From positions 138,758,001 through 138,822,000 of the forward strand of contig CM059432.1 of assembly GCA_030390025.1 (NCBI GenBank): a DNA stretch of 64,000 bases, written 5' to 3'. The notes under the pieces were generated by a model. It had not been told where the DNA came from. It made no database searches and was given only the letters and a program-made list of their open reading frames with translations. Positions 62,701 to 64,000 of the stretch are shown here, piece after piece. Positions within the stretch are counted from its first letter, which is position 1. Every line of letters begins with the position of its first letter. A program made the translations under genes and the position numbers. The stretch comes from Squalus acanthias. Its lineage: Eukaryota.

Positions 62701-63465
62701 GACTCTATGACTCGTGCCAGGCAATGACCATCTCCAACAAGCGAGCGTCTAACCACTGCCCCTTGTTATTCAACGGCATTAGCATTGCCGAACCCCCCAC
62801 CATCAACATCCTGGGGGGTCACCATTGACCAGAAACTTAACTTGACCAGGCACATAAATACTGTGGCAACAAGAGCAGGTCAGAGGCTAGGTATTCTGGG
62901 TGTCTCATCTCCTGACTCCTCAAAGCCTTTCCACCATCTACAAGGCACAAGTCAGGAGTGTGATGGAATACTCTCCACTTGCCTGGATGAGTGCACTCAA
63001 GAAGCTCGACAACATCCAAGACAAAGCAGCCCGCTTGATTGGCACCCCATCCACTACCTTAAACATTCACTGCCACCACCACCAGCGTACCATGGCTGCA
63101 GTGTGTACCATCTACACGATGCACTGCAGCAACTCGCCAAAGTTTCTTCGGCAGCAGCTCCCAAACATGCGACCACTGGCACTAAGAAGGACAAGTGCGG
63201 CAGGCACATGGGAACTCCATCACCTCCAAGTTCCCCTCCAAGCCACACACCATCCTGACTTGGAAATATGTCGCCATTTCTTCATTGTCACTGGGTCAAA
63301 ATCCTGGAACTCCCTACCTAACAGCACTGTGGGAGTACCTTCACCACACAGACTGCAGCGGTTCAAGAAGGCGGCTCACCACCACCTTCTCAAGGGCAAT
63401 TAGGGATGGGCAATAAATGCTGGCCTTGCCAGCGACGCCCACATCCCAGGAACAAATAATAAAAC
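59721..63465 (+). mobile_element. Family-B CR1-group LINE (59721-~60455 plus ~62713-63465), split by a CR1 insertion
   Basis: [61 protein letters not shown], then the insert, then C-terminus YKAQVRSVMEY. AATC on both flanks (59717-59720, 63466-63469). Confidence 0.88.
60458..62712 (+). mobile_element. CR1 LINE, 5'-truncated, several lesions
   Basis: SDH endonuclease tail, ORFs 60756-61760 and 61900-62583; tail GGCCGAATGGCC...TATGACTCTATGACTC. Confidence 0.93.
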
Positions 63466-64000
63466 AATCACAGAACCTAGAACCTGTCAAATATTCCGTC
63501 TAATGTTTTGTTGTTTCGTTGATAACTTTTGCTGCTGAGTTCTGGTGTTAATTTATCAAATGATAGACTTGATAGACACCCCAGTTATCAATATTGATAT
63601 GCAAATACCGTACTTTCAGCACCACCGCAGTATATTTCAAATTTATTTCAGTTATGTAAGTAGGATAAAGGGATTTGTATTGTCACGATCCCTTCAGATG
63701 CAATGTAACATTCTTTTGATTTTAAATTTCATACGTGCAGCAGTCTCACCATCAATACCATAAAGAAAGAATATGGGATATAAAATTGATTGCAAGTCGA
63801 CCCTGTATTATACATATTACGATTTAGTGGATTTAAGCAGTATCCTTGCAACAACACTAAAAGCTTTATGTATTTTTCACTGTGGACAAAAAGATAGGCA
63901 GATGGTGCAACAAAAGTGCTTCTTTCTGCTCCCCAAGAGTTCAAACCTTTTTTCCAGGTGCATATTTTATTTAAGACACATGCTGTAAACTGGGTAATTT

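Overview
Eukaryotic, repeat-dominated DNA, most likely from a cartilaginous fish (inferred from the mix of HER1-like CR1 LINEs and SacSINE1-like Deu-domain SINEs). I found no confident host protein-coding gene, tRNA, rRNA or CRISPR array, and nearly all long ORFs in the track are transposon ORFs or their antisense shadows. The main structure is four PIF/Harbinger DNA transposon copies at different stages of decay. Copy A (279-3484) is bounded by TIRs and a TSD, keeps a three-exon Myb/SANT gene and has lost its transposase. Copy B (20078-21779) is an internal-deletion derivative. Copy C (~42750-45929) carries convergent Myb and HARBI1-like DDE transposase genes. Copy D (~36560-38750) is a fragmented relic. 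Comparing the copies recovers the splice sites, a shared CCAAT-CRE-TTAAAG promoter cassette, and a protein with Myb/SANT, heptad-repeat and AT-hook regions. Other contents: many 5'-truncated CR1 LINEs (one with an unbroken ~750-codon ORF2), a second CR1-group family, a lightly mutated RTE LINE, L2 3' ends sharing a tail with about 10 DeuSINEs, a Penelope-like RT relic, two probable solo LTRs, a hAT MITE, a palindrome-rich MITE with an AT TSD, and several nested insertions. A few repeat-free islands carry enhancer-like motifs or possible non-coding exons (low confidence). Boundaries without a TSD are approximate.
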